From contig JAHLWZ010000808.1 in NCBI GenBank assembly GCA_020536535.1, forward strand, positions 66,493-130,492: 64,000 nt of DNA, given 5' to 3'. Within the stretch, counting starts at the first letter, position 1. Every line of letters starts with the position of its first letter. This DNA comes from Pelomyxa schiedti. Its lineage: Eukaryota > Protista > Evosea. A program made the position numbers and the translations under genes. The notes below the pieces were generated by a model, which saw only the letters and a list, made by a program, of their open reading frames with translations, was not told where the DNA came from and did not search any database. Below are positions 13,454-25,281 of the stretch, in pieces.

Positions 13454-16400
13454 TTAGAGAGTGAGTGCGACTTTGAGAAGAAGGTCACGGAAGGCCAGCC
13501 TCTTGTTGGTAGGATTCTTTGCTACCGCCGCCCATTTTTCTCCATGGCGGGGTTCTGCTTGTGCACAGCGCTGCTTTACATCCTCTTGGGTTTTCTGTTT
13601 TGGGGGTTTCATGGATGTTAGTTTGGTTGGGGAAGAAAAAAGAAGAAGGGTACCGCTGTGCCGTGCTGGGTTTCGAACTTGTAAAAGTTGGCCCATGCAT
13701 CACCCAGGTCGGGGTTGAGAGTAACAGCTCGGTTGAACCAAGTCCGTGCCTTTTCCACTTTGCGATCCGCCCAGAAAATCCTGGTAATTTGGTGATTTGG
13801 TGATAAGGAGGTGCTCCCATAAAATTGTAAGTGGATGACACACTTTGCAATAGAGACAATCACGTGAGCGTCGTCGTCGCAATGCTTCAGCGCATCAACA
13901 CTGCGTGCTTTCTTTCCTTGAGGAGGTTCATTCTCGATAAGCTCCGCCCACAGAATGCCAGATCTTGGGCACTCTTGCAGTGCTTTGAGAAAGGTGGTCA
14001 GAAAATTGAAAAGTGAGAAGATATATACCTTTGGCCATCAATCCTTGGGCTACTTTCTTATTTCCTGCACGATTCTCCACTCGTATTACCTCCAACCACA
14101 GGTCAGCACACTTTGGTATTGCGTGTCTTGCTTTCTCCAGCAGGGCACGTGCTTTTCCTTGTGCCACAGATGTGCCAACACTCTCTTCACACCGGGCTGC
14201 ACTGAGCCACAACTTCACACTTGTTGGGCAGTGACGCAAGCCAGTTTCGTAGAGCTCTCGAGCAGAATTCACACCTTCTGTGTCAAATGCAAGAGAACCA
14301 CGCATAATCCACAGTTTTGCAGACTGTGGGTACAACTTCAGGGCATCTTCCAAAAGGCTCTTTTCTGCATCTCTGAATGTAGTGATAAGTGAAAAGAGTC
14401 TGAGGCAATGCCACCACATACCTGTTGTTCAATTGTTTCTCTAACTGTGCTGACTTGATCCACACATGCTCAGTAGGACAAGTGATTCTCGCACGATTAA
14501 GCAAAGACCGGGCTCTTTCTTGTTGATTGTTCTCATTTTCAAGTTTTACTGCAGCTAACCAGATAGCCTCACTGTCGGGATTTGCAGCAAAAGCTTCTTG
14601 AAGTATACATCTTGCCGCTGGCACGTCACCCTGTGTTGGAAAAATTATTTTACCTTCCATAACTCAGGACAGACATACCCCAAGCCACTTTTCTTTAGCT
14701 GCCATGAGCCACAGAACCTCTGCTTGAGGACAATATGAAACAGCTTTTTTGAGTAAAGCATCCAATCCATCTCTTGTTCCATACTACACATAAAATCCAA
14801 GGGAGAAGAGAAAAAAAAGGGAGGAAGGGGGGAGAGGTAGACAGAAGGTCAACAGGAACTACGGACAGGTTAAATATTTTTATTTAAAGAGAGGAAAGGA
14901 ACCTGTTTTTCGAGCATTGCAGCACCAAGCCACAACGACTTTTTCCCTGGAAAAACAGTTAAAGCATTGGCATAAATAGCCCGTGCGGTAACAGGGTTTC
15001 CTGCGCCAATTGCCTGCAATACATTAAAATCGAGAAGTAACAGTAGGAACAAACATTTTCGGCATCCTCTTTCCATGTTTTCTTACGATCAGCTTCTTCC
15101 ACATCCATGCCAATTGTCTCCGCAATTATAGCCTGGCAGGTAGCAACAGAGCCAGCTTTCTCGGCTGTCTGTGCTTCTTTCAGCCAATCTTCCCTTGACA
15201 TGGATACATTGTGCACTCGGAGAGATTTCACTCCTAGGGGGCTCTATTGTTAAGAAAGAAGTAAATAAAATAAGGTACTCACCCCTTTTAATGATAGTGG
15301 TAACAGTTGATTCCAAGCCATGAGCTTCCTCCAGTTTGGCTGCCGTTATCCATATGAGGGGTTCTGTTGGTAATATTTCCCTAGCTTTGTTGAGGACTTT
15401 CCTTGCATTTTCATGTGATTCAAGGCGAGCCAGGGCAAGCCATACATCTACGCTCTGGGGCACACACCTGCAAATATTCAGTTTATAATCATTTAGATGG
15501 CTTACATACTCAACTGCCCTACTCAGAAGAACACGCGCATTTTCAGGATCTTCCAGCTGTACAGCTGCTTTCCAAAGTCTTACGGAATTGGGTACAAATT
15601 CGAGGGCTATATCTACATAAGAATAAAGCGAAGCACTCACATTGAAAACCTTTTCTTAGAATTCTTCTTTTTGCATTTACGTCATCCTCCAAGTCAGCAG
15701 CAGCAATCCAAACCTTCACAGATTTGGGAATGTTTTGTACTGCCTGTGCAAGTATTCCACGTGCGTTTTCTTTTGTCTGTACTGTGTCACTAAAGGTACT
15801 GTAGAAAGGGTATATTGCTCACTTGTAATCTTGCAGCTTCAAGCCAGACATCTTCAGCCTCTTTACACATCTCCGTGCCCCTCATAATAATCTTACGTGC
15901 CTGCAGTAATCTTCCAGCAACTTCCTCCAGGCGGGCTGAGGCAATCCAGCCTGGGGGGTGATGAGGATTAGTGGTCCGCACATTCTTTAGTAGCATGCGG
16001 GCTCTCTTGATGTCTCTGAAGAAAAGAATAATGAGCTATCTATACCACTCCTCAGATGACAACTTACCCAATTTCTGCATCACTTATGCCCTTCAAACTA
16101 TTGAGGTCCGTCAGGTAACCTTTACTGTCCACAGCTGATTGTCCTGCAACTGCTGTAGATATCTGAAAGAAGTTAGTGTCCTGCTCCAAAAACTGTCAAT
16201 GGCAGAGTCACATACACCAGATAACTTCATCTCCAATAGCTTGCTTCTTGTTATACCGATCTCTCTAAGGTCAGTTGTAGTACCAGGAACAGATGTACCA
16301 GCTGGGGTGTTCACACCAGGTGTAGAAATCCCCGATAGTATACTGGTAGGAAAAATAAGTGATATAAATAAATGGAAAGGCTTACGGGATAGGCATATTT

Positions 16401-17286
16401 TCAGTACGTGCATGCTCTATAATAGAGTCAGGGACAGGGGTGTATCTCTGAAACTCAGGGACCATTCTGCGCTTCCTAGGGCGTGCTTGATTGGTGGAGT
16501 CAGGGATTGCATCCCAATCGGCTTCTGTTAAAGTTCCCAGTTCGCGCTTTAGGTCACTCAACTGTTGTTGGATTTTAGGGCGTGTGGCTCGGTATTTCTG
16601 GAGGTCTTGTTTCATACGCGTCTCCCTGTGTGTGTGGTTGGTATCATCTAAGGTTAGATAATACAGACAGTGCACCTTCTAGTTCGCCTACGGGAGTCCA
16701 TTCGAGAGTCAATAGCTTCCCAAACTGCATCAGCTTCTTTGTCCTCTTGGTCATACCTAGAATAGTGAAAGTGTGTTAGTAGGCTGTTGTCAGTTAAGTT
16801 AACGTACGGTGTGGTTGAATCGAAAAGAGGAGCAGAGTAACCACTGAATTCATCAAAGTTGGACTCAGAGTAGTCCCCTCTGTCGTCATCGTCCTTTGGT
16901 TTACAGTAAGGTAAGGCCAAAAAGAGGGGAAAAAAGGCACTATGCTCACGTCTTTTTGTGGTTGAACAGCAGGCCTAATACAGTGTGAATAAGAAGTAAG
17001 AATACATAGGAACTTACACAATTGGATCGGGTCCATCACGTGCAGGACCAATATCAGATCGCGTGGTGAATCCGGTGGCACTTTGAGCGATAGTAAGCGA
17101 AATTAACTAACCCATAAAAAAAGGTGGGAAGAAAACAGGAAGAAAGAAAACCATAGCAAAAAATCAAAAAAAAAAAAAAAAGCATGGGGGAGGGGAAAAA
17201 AAAAGCCGGTACCCTCTGCCCAGACCAGCCACGTAATTTGGAGGCGGTTGTGCGGTCAAGAACGATCTCTTCTCACTCCCCAACAT
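13454..17286 (-). CDS. PRP6: Pre-mRNA processing factor 6 (U5-102K, HAT/TPR repeats)
   Basis: [13 protein letters not shown]-terminus, [37 protein letters not shown], many HAT repeats, [10 protein letters not shown]-terminus. Confidence 0.97.
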
Positions 17287-17399
17287 CCTAGTCTTTATTT
17301 ACTTGTTTTGATTGTACTGATTTTGTTCCTTTCAAAAAAAACTCAGGAAAATTCGCAGGGAACGATTGGCGTATCACCCATAATCTCGTATCTACACGC
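17287..17399. promoter_or_regulatory. Putative bidirectional promoter PRP6/nagA
   Basis: 113 nt between divergent start codons. Confidence 0.55.
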
Positions 17400-19019
17400 A
17401 TGATAGTTGTGGGTGATAAGGTGGTTGTCGGGGGGTGTTTTGGAGAGGTCTACGACCCCGGTTTCGTTGAGTGGGACCCATTATCTGGTTTGGTGACTCG
17501 CGTGGGTCACGGGGTACCTTCGCAGGGGAGACTTGACGAACTGTCAATTCCCGCTTCTGAGGTGCCACACTACAACTTGGTACCTTGGTTTTTTTTTTCT
17601 TTCCTTTCCCTCACTTGCTGTGTCATTTCATTGATGGGCTAATGTGTATCGCATTAGGTCATGCCAGGATTTGTTGATATACATAACCATGGAGCAGGGT
17701 CATTGGCTACAGATGTGATTGAGAATTGGTCCAGACCGGCGGATGTGTGTAGAGTCACAAGTGTTTTTCAAGTAACTAATAGAAATTAGGTTTTGGGTTA
17801 CCTTGGCTCAGTTGGAACAACAAGCTGCCTGGCTTCATTGACACTGCCCTCTGACAACCTCGATATAACTCACAGAATAAATGAAACTCTACGTGGTCAC
17901 ATAAACGAAATTGGTAAATATACTACCTATATTTCGATAGAGTCGAAATTTCTTGGTCTAATATTATTTTGGAGAGGCCTTGGCTGTGTACTCAGAGGAG
18001 TGCATTGTGAGGGACCTGTAATTGAGACTCTTGGAGGGCTGCCAAATTCTGAAGCCTACATTTCTCCTAAGGCTTTTTCAGCTCTCTTGGATGATACCCC
18101 TGCATTGAAAATGATGACTGTTTCTCCCAGGTGTTAATGTAAGGGAAAAACCCGAGATGAGGTTGTAATTACTATATCTAGCCTTGCCGCCAAATATGAC
18201 TACTGGCACATAAAACAGCTTGTGGAGAGAGGAATTAAACCGGCTCTTGGTCACGACCTTAATGCCAATGCACAAAATATTCTTGGTAATCCCACTTTTA
18301 CTTTTTTACTTCACTATTAATAAGCTAAGGGGCGTTATCTTGTAGCAAAGCTGCTATGCATATTACACACATGTTCAATGTATCATCATTTCATCACAGG
18401 TTTCCCTAATTTTTTTTTTCACCCATAATGAAAGAATAAAGGAACATGGGGTTGTGTAACTTCGGGATGGTGAAGAAGTTTCCCAACCTTCCAGAGTACA
18501 GTGGACTTGTCCCACCAACAGTTGAGGTGATTGGTGATCTCATACACATGTTTGTCCCCAGTGACATTTGTCATCTTGACTTGAACCAGAAACCCTTTAG
18601 TAATACAGGCATTGCTTGACCAAAACCGAGACAACGTTTGCTTTGTAACCGATGCAGTTGCATGTGGTAAGGACCTTACAAGGAATAAAACCTATCTGGG
18701 AAGACCATTGTCAATTTCTGACAGGGTTACAGTAGCAGGTACACAATTTTTGTTGTTCACCAAATTCCAATACAAAAAAATAGGAACAAACACGCTTGCT
18801 GGCAGTTGTGTGGACATGATGCAAATATTTCGCTCCCTTAACATATTTGGGCTTACTCCTGAGCAAGCCAGTCCAATGTTAAGCAGCATTCCTGCTAAAA
18901 TAGCCGGCCTTTTGAATGTGGGTACTCTGTCTGTTGGAATGTCATGTGATTTCGTTGCATTTGATGGTCCAGAGAACACACTAGAGGCTGTTGTTTCTGG
19001 AGGAAATAAAATACTGTGA
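17400..19019 (+). CDS. nagA: N-acetylglucosamine-6-phosphate deacetylase (amidohydrolase)
   Basis: Spliced motifs PGFVDIHNHG, GTTS, GVHCEGP, LGHD, ITHMFN, IGDLIH, VTDA, TLAGS. Confidence 0.9.
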
Positions 19020-19157
19020 TTCCAACAGCACAAAAATTTATTTACTAGAAGACACCAGGGCATCAATATGGATGAAACCGTGGAGAAATGTACTGGATAG
19101 GCTACTGGAGGGTTTAGTGGGGAGAGGTGGGTGCTACTGGTTCTTCCCAAGGAGACA

Positions 19158-20615
19158 CTACACTCCACAAGGTAAAGGGAGTCCAAATTCGTCCAAGAAA
19201 ACTCCTGTTTCCGTTGCAGTAAATGCTTGCTTCAGAATTACGTTGGCACCAAAGGAAGGATCTTTTTTATTTGTGAAAGGAAGCCTCCATGAAAGCTCCT
19301 ACCTTCCAAGTTCAAGAACGAGTGCCAGGAGGCAGGGATAATATCTGTATTGCATGTTCCGGGGTGAACACTTGTAATCAAAATACTGGGGTATTTGGTT
19401 GCATAAATCTTGGTTATCAGAGTGACTAGTACTTTGGAGAGACCATAAATATAAGTAGCCCATCCTTGGGCGGCAGTATGTTCCTTTCCCTTAGAAAGGA
19501 GCGAAACCTACACGACTTAGGGTTTTGGACAAACAAGTTTGTAGGTACATACATACTCCTCCATCAGTGATGTGATTGAAGGAATATCATAAACAGAAGT
19601 TACGTGGGATTGCACATCAGGACTACATTGCGCCAGGAATTTACCTACACCCTTACTGGACACATTTACAATGTGCGGCATGGGCAGGAGACTGCTTGGC
19701 GTAGCATGGTCCATCATAGGAATGAATGCGTCCATGGTTCTAAGTACTCCATGCACATTGATATTAAATACGTCAATTGCAGCCTAAAGAGAAACAAACC
19801 AATTAATTTGTAAATAAAGAAATCAAACAAAAAAAAACCCACTTTGGCAGAAACTTCCAAACCACTGACGTCACTGGGATCGTGAGGAGCAATTCCAGCG
19901 TTGTTTATAAGTAAGTCCACACGTCCCCACTTTTGCTTCACGGAATTCGCCCCCTGGGTAACAGATTCAGGATCGCCGATGTCCATGGCGAGGCTATCCA
20001 CAACCACAACAACGACGGGCCCGGTCCCATAATCCTGAGCCATCACTCCCGGCATTCCGCCGCTACCGTTCACCACTACTCGTGGGACCGTCCCACAATT
20101 AACAGTGGAGGCACTCCCACTAGTCGCATTTGTGGCTCCACATCCAGCCACGATCTCGTCCCTGGCGGCATGTATCTTCCCACAATCTCTACCCACCATA
20201 ATCACCACGACTACAACCACATTCCCATCCCGATTTTCATCCACTCCACCTCGAGAGGTTGGGCACAGAGCCCCCCAGTCTTTTTGCGCCAGTTGTTGGC
20301 ACATGGCCTTTCCCAGTCCCCTGTTGGCCCCAGTAACAACAGTCACAAATTTCGCCGCCTGAAGAACAGGTTTCGTACTTATGGGAGCCGAAGGTGAAGA
20401 TGCCGACATTGATGCCGCTTGAAGAACAGCAAGTAATTCGTTTTTTTTGTCTGTGAACTGCTGTTGTTGGTGTGGCTCTTTGAAAAGGAAAAAAGAACTC
20501 TCACATCTTTCACAAGGATAGAGAGTTCCTCACGGCACTGTGCCTGTTGGTCTTTGAGTTGTCTTATTTCGGCCAAAGTAGCCCGGATTCTGTCAGCTGG
20601 TGTTTGGGGCTGCAT
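19158..20615 (-). CDS. Short-chain dehydrogenase/reductase, carbonyl reductase (CBR1)-like, with short N-terminal coiled-coil extension
   Basis: TGANRGLG, LINNAG, VNVSS, GWATYIYGLSK (YxxxK), SVHPG; upstream exon MQPQTPADRIR.. splices in frame to 20409. Confidence 0.88.
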
Positions 20616-20858
20616 TTTTCAAACGTTTGAAATTTATGATGGTTTCACGGAACATGTTAACTTATTGAAACAACACAAAGGTTCTACAATGAGTAATGTT
20701 GGAATGAACTCTATACAGGAGGAAGAGAAGCTTGGCTTTCGAGGTGGTGCTGTGTGTGTCTAAGCAGTAGTGTCTCTGCCAACCATCATCCGGCTATCTT
20801 TGTGATATAAATGATTGACGGAGTGGTGACTGGCAGAGGGACACAGCAGGCCTCCCTC

Positions 20859-23800
20859 TCAGGGGTCCCCTGCCTGGGCCTGCACCTCTTTTTGCTTGCG
20901 CTCCCATTCCTCATACCACTTGTGGGTCTCGGCTCTTTTGATGGCTTCCTCCTCCCGTTTGCGGGCCTCTTCCTCCTCCCTCTTTTTCCGCAGTTCCTCA
21001 CGCCGGCGGGCTGCTGCTGCTTGGCTCTGGGTGAGTTTGTCCTCACTGGCACTGGCGCTGCTTGGTGCTGCAGGGCCCTGGGTGTTTGTTAGTGGGCCGG
21101 AATAGATGAGCAATGGGAGGAGAATCAACCTTCATGAAAACGCCGCGAGCACTCTGGACGGCGCCGGATTCTATGGATAGAGACTTGGTTGTGGCTCCTT
21201 TCTGGGGGCCTTCTTGCAGCGATAAGAATTTCTCGCGCTGCTGGTGAACGATGTTTATATGTTGCAATTGCTCGGTTTCACGCTGTCGAGCAGTGTTTGG
21301 AGTAATATTCGTTGGTTTGTGCGTGATAAGAGTTGTAATTGCAGCGCTGACTGCACCTGTTTCTACTACTTTCGGGGCTGGTGGTGGTGGAGGTGCAGGT
21401 GGAGGTGGAGTGAGGTTTGCTTTTATAGTGGATGGCGGTTTTGATTGGCCTTGTTCCGTAGTTATCACCTCCACCTCTACCTCTTTAATTGTTTCAATGG
21501 TTACCTCACTTGTAGGTAAAGGTTGCACAATAAGTTGCATTTCAACTTGCTCAACAGTGCTAAGTGCCCTCTTTTCATTTTTCTCAGGGAGTTTCGCCTC
21601 CGCAGTCTGTCTCCTTGCAGCTTCCTCTGCAATGCGTTTCCTCTTTGCTTCATCGGCAGCAAGTTTCCTCCTCGCCTCTTCTTCTGCAATGCGCTTCCTC
21701 TCAACTTCTTCTTCTGCAAGGCGCTTTCGTTTTGCTTCAGCTGCCAGGCGTTTCATCTCTGCTTCTTCCTCTGCGATGCGTTTCTTTGCTGTTTCTTCTG
21801 CAAGGTGCTTCTTTTCTGCTTCCTCATCTGCAATGCGCTTCTTCTCCGCTGTTTCTTCTGCAATACGTTTCTTCTCTGCTGCCTCTTCTGCAACGCGTTT
21901 CTTCTCTGCTTCTTCTGCAAGACGGTTCTTCTCGGCTTCCTCTTCTGCAAGGTGCTTCCTTTTTACTTCTTCCTCGACACGTTTCCTCTCAGCTTCCTCT
22001 TCTGCAATGCGTTTCTTCTCGGCTTCTTCCTCTACAACACGTTTCCTCTCTGCTTCTTCCTCTGCGACGCGTTTCTTCTCTGCCTCTGCATCTGCGACGC
22101 GTTTCCTCTCTGCTTCTTCCTCTGCGACGCGTTTCTTCTCGGCTTCTTCCACGGCAAGTCTTTCTTCTTCCTGTTGTTTTAGGAGAGCCTCCTCTTTTTT
22201 CTTCCTCCGTTCCTCCTTTTTCCTTTCATGTTCTACTTGTTTGGCTTCCTCCTCTTTCAGTCTTCCAGCTTCCTGGTCTTCCTGAGATTCTTTTTTTTTA
22301 CCTTCGTCCTTCGTTTTGAGCTTCGTACCTTCAGCAAGAGCCTCAGATGGTTGATGTTCTGGAGAGCTGTGTTCCTCCGAATGTACATTTGCCGTATCCA
22401 CTTTGACAGGAGCATCACTGGAAACCGGTTGGTTTACTGGTCCCACTGACACTGGGGGAGTATTTGGCTTGGGTTGGTTCTGAGCGGTCTGTTGATTTGC
22501 TTGTGCCACTTCAGTTTCTGTAGTCTTAATTGAAGCCTTTTCCATAACAGCTGGGCTGGGTGACACTTCAGTTGAAGACTTGCTCAGTGTGTTTGTAGGT
22601 CGTAGTTTCACAGTGAAGGGGAGTCCCCCTGTCCCTGTGGATGGTGGGGTTTGTGGTTGCTTTATTGTTGCAGCATTCACCCCAAATTTCTTTGGCTCTG
22701 CTGTTGCTTTCGTGCCAACAGTTTCTGAGGCAGGAGGGACATTGGACCTGGGTGATGGATTGGGTGATGGATTGGAGTTGGCTGCTTCAGAGGGAGCAGT
22801 GTCGCGCATCTTTGCAAGTTTCTTAGCCAATTCCCCTCCATCACTTGGCTCAGTTGGAACAAAGGACTTTTTCATGGTCTGAGCTGAACTAGCTCTATTC
22901 AGAGGGCGAGCAGCTGTGTTAGTTGAAGGTTGGGGAGTGGTCACCGGTGGGTCAGGTGTTGGTGTAATTGTGACTACCACAGTGGGAACTTGTACTGCAG
23001 GTGATGGAGATGGTGATGGTGAGGGAGAGAGCTCCCTGTCTGACCCACCTGGGGAGTGAATTTTTTTCCTTAGTGTTGAACCCCAAGCAGGCTGATCCTG
23101 AGTCTTAAGTGAAGCAAGCTTAGCTTGCCTGTCTGACTCTATTCGATTAGCTCTTTCTTCAGCTTCCTTCTTTGCAATCTCTTCTTTATGCTTTATCTCA
23201 GCAAGACGCTCCTCCTCAATACGCCGTTCCTCAGCAAGTCTCTGTTCTTCTTCTTCTTGTATACGTTTCTTCTCGGTTTCTTCTGCAAGTAACTTTTGTC
23301 TGTCCTCCTCTTCCTTTTGTTTGCGTTTTGCTTCAGCAGCAGCATTAGTTTTTCTTTGCCTTTGTTCCATAAGCCGTTTCATCATAAGCTCTTTGCTGGT
23401 GGCTTTAGAATGAAGTTAAAGCAAGAAAAAGATGCATGTATAAATACCTCCAGGAGTAGTAGCACCCTCACCCATTTTGACCTAAAGAAAAACAAAAACA
23501 GTGACAATACACAAGAAATAAAGTTAGTGAGGCTTGGAAGCTATTTGTAGTGAAAGCATAAGCTTTTTTTTTTTCCCCCACACTCACCAGTTTTAAAGAA
23601 AAAAAAAAAACCCAAACAAACCTCCATCTGTAGGCCACTGGAAGTCAAGGCCGTGCCAGTGTTCACTGTTGGGATATCCGGCGATGAAGCCGACAGCGAG
23701 GCTCCTACCCCGGGGGGCGAGGAGCCCAGCACGGGGGAGCCGCCGGTCACCGGCAGCGGCGACAGCGAGGCCCCGCGCCTGGCGTCCTTGTCGCGGTCCC

Positions 23801-24116
23801 TGTCCCTCTCCCGCTCCCTGTGCCTCCCCCCCTTGTCCCGCTCCCCTCCCTCGCCGCCGCCCCCCTCGGCCTCCTCGCCCCCGCTCGTGGCCCCGCTGCC
23901 GCCCCGCAGCCCCGACTCGGCGATCTCCGCCTTGGCCGCGGACGTCGGGGGGAACTCGCTGCGGTGGCGGTGGTGGTGGGACGACGAGGACGACGCCGCC
24001 GCGCGGGGGGCCTCGGCCTCCGCCGCTACCGGCGCGGCGGGCTCCTCCTCGTCCTCGTCGTGGCCGTGCTTGTGTTTGTGTTTCCCGCTGTGTTTGCTGC
24101 TGTGTTTCGAAGACAT
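20859..24116 (-). CDS. Large low-complexity protein with E/K/R single-alpha-helix repeats and Pro-rich segments (possibly cytoskeletal)
   Basis: GC-rich exon 1 MSSKHSSKH.., 780-aa ORF 21043-23385, last exon ending AQAGDP* at 20859. Confidence 0.7.
21620..22150 (-). repeat. Coding tandem repeat, ~27-30 nt unit (EEEAE[K/R]KR[V/I]A)
   Basis: Recurrent tcttctgc(a/g)acgcgtttc(t/c)tctc(t/g)gcttc units. Confidence 0.9.
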
Positions 24117-24424
24117 CGAAATTTTTTTTTTGTTTTTTTTTTGTCGTGGTTTTGTTGCTCTCTTTGTGTTTTTTCTTCGGTTCTTGTTGTTGGAAGGGAA
24201 TTCGGCGAAGCGTTTTACCACAACGCGGTATTTTTTTTCCTTCTTTCAAAAAGGGAGCGCCATGTGGTGTGCTGTACATGAATTTACGGTAAAGGCCTTG
24301 AGCTCACATATGTTGTGCTTTATAAGTATCTCCTGGGAAACGGAATTGGGAATGGCCTATGTCAGGGTGCAACACGAGATAGCTGTTTGTTTACGCGGCT
24401 TGTTCCGTCCAACTGTACACTGAG

Positions 24425-25155
24425 TCATCCCCATACAGCCGAGCCATTGAATGTGTAGCCCCCAATTGGTGGTGGCATCAAAGACGGGGGAAGTGAGTCC
24501 TCTATTGCCTCCAGCTGTGGTGGAATATGATAGACAGTTGGAGGATGTACAGTGGCTGTTGAGTGTTTTTCTGTTTGCGTTGAGTTTGCTTCGCCACTAG
24601 ATTTTGTTTCCCCAACGGTGGTGTCTTCACTGTCGCACTGCGTCTGATCTTTGAAATGAATGGTGATAGTAAATAGACGGAACAAGTTAGAAATTCCAGG
24701 TTAATTAAAAAGTATCATCTTGTTAGCGCTATGGTGGGTGCTGATTTTTTTTAGTAAAAATTAGAATGCGTAAGATAGCGGAATATTACCATAGTGAGCA
24801 GCCAGTACTTCGTACGAGTGTGAAAAGCGGCACTCCGCACCCTGTAGGCAGATGCCAGTACGAAGAAGTTTCTGACAGGGCATCACAGTCCTCCTTGGTC
24901 TCTCGGGTGGCATGTCTGTGCATAACAACCAATCCTTGTGTTAAAAGAGAGACATAAAATACGTTTGGCGCACGACTGCACCTTGAACAGTAACAAAATA
25001 ACCACACAAAACATAAAAAGGGTACATTTGTAGGCATCGTAGTGAAGTTTAACAAGGTTTTTGTGCCTGGGACTCTCAAAGTGCTTTTTTCGATTGGCAA
25101 CCGAGTAATTGAAGTACTTTTGGCAGTGGTCGCAGTAATACTTCGGCAGAGGCAT
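24425..25155 (-). CDS. ZMAT5: U11/U12 snRNP 20 kDa protein (matrin/U1C-type zinc finger + C3H1 finger)
   Basis: KYYCDHCQKYF..NRKKHFESPRH; spliced exon 2 PCQKLLRTGICLQGAECRFSH (C3H1); C-terminus LPPSLMPPPIGGY..VWG as in ZMAT5. Confidence 0.88.
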
Positions 25156-25281
25156 AAAAAAAAAACCTCCCCGTTATGATGCTGTCTTTTCCTTTTTTTT
25201 GAAAATTTTCCAGATGAGATAGAGGGTACTGGCTTCTATCTGTTGGTGTTTTTGAGGGAGTTCTATGTGGGAGGCACTGGA

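Noticed and set aside
21620-22150. CRISPR-like periodic repeats
   Set aside because: No unique spacers; in-frame coding tandem repeat in a eukaryotic gene
21244-22319. Long plus-strand ORFs (344, 251, 219 aa)
   Set aside because: Antisense shadows of the E/K repeat coding region
23593-24423. Multiple overlapping ORFs in several frames (also 13022-13464, 33128-33811, 46004-46744)
   Set aside because: Stop-codon scarcity in GC-rich first exons; no recognisable domains
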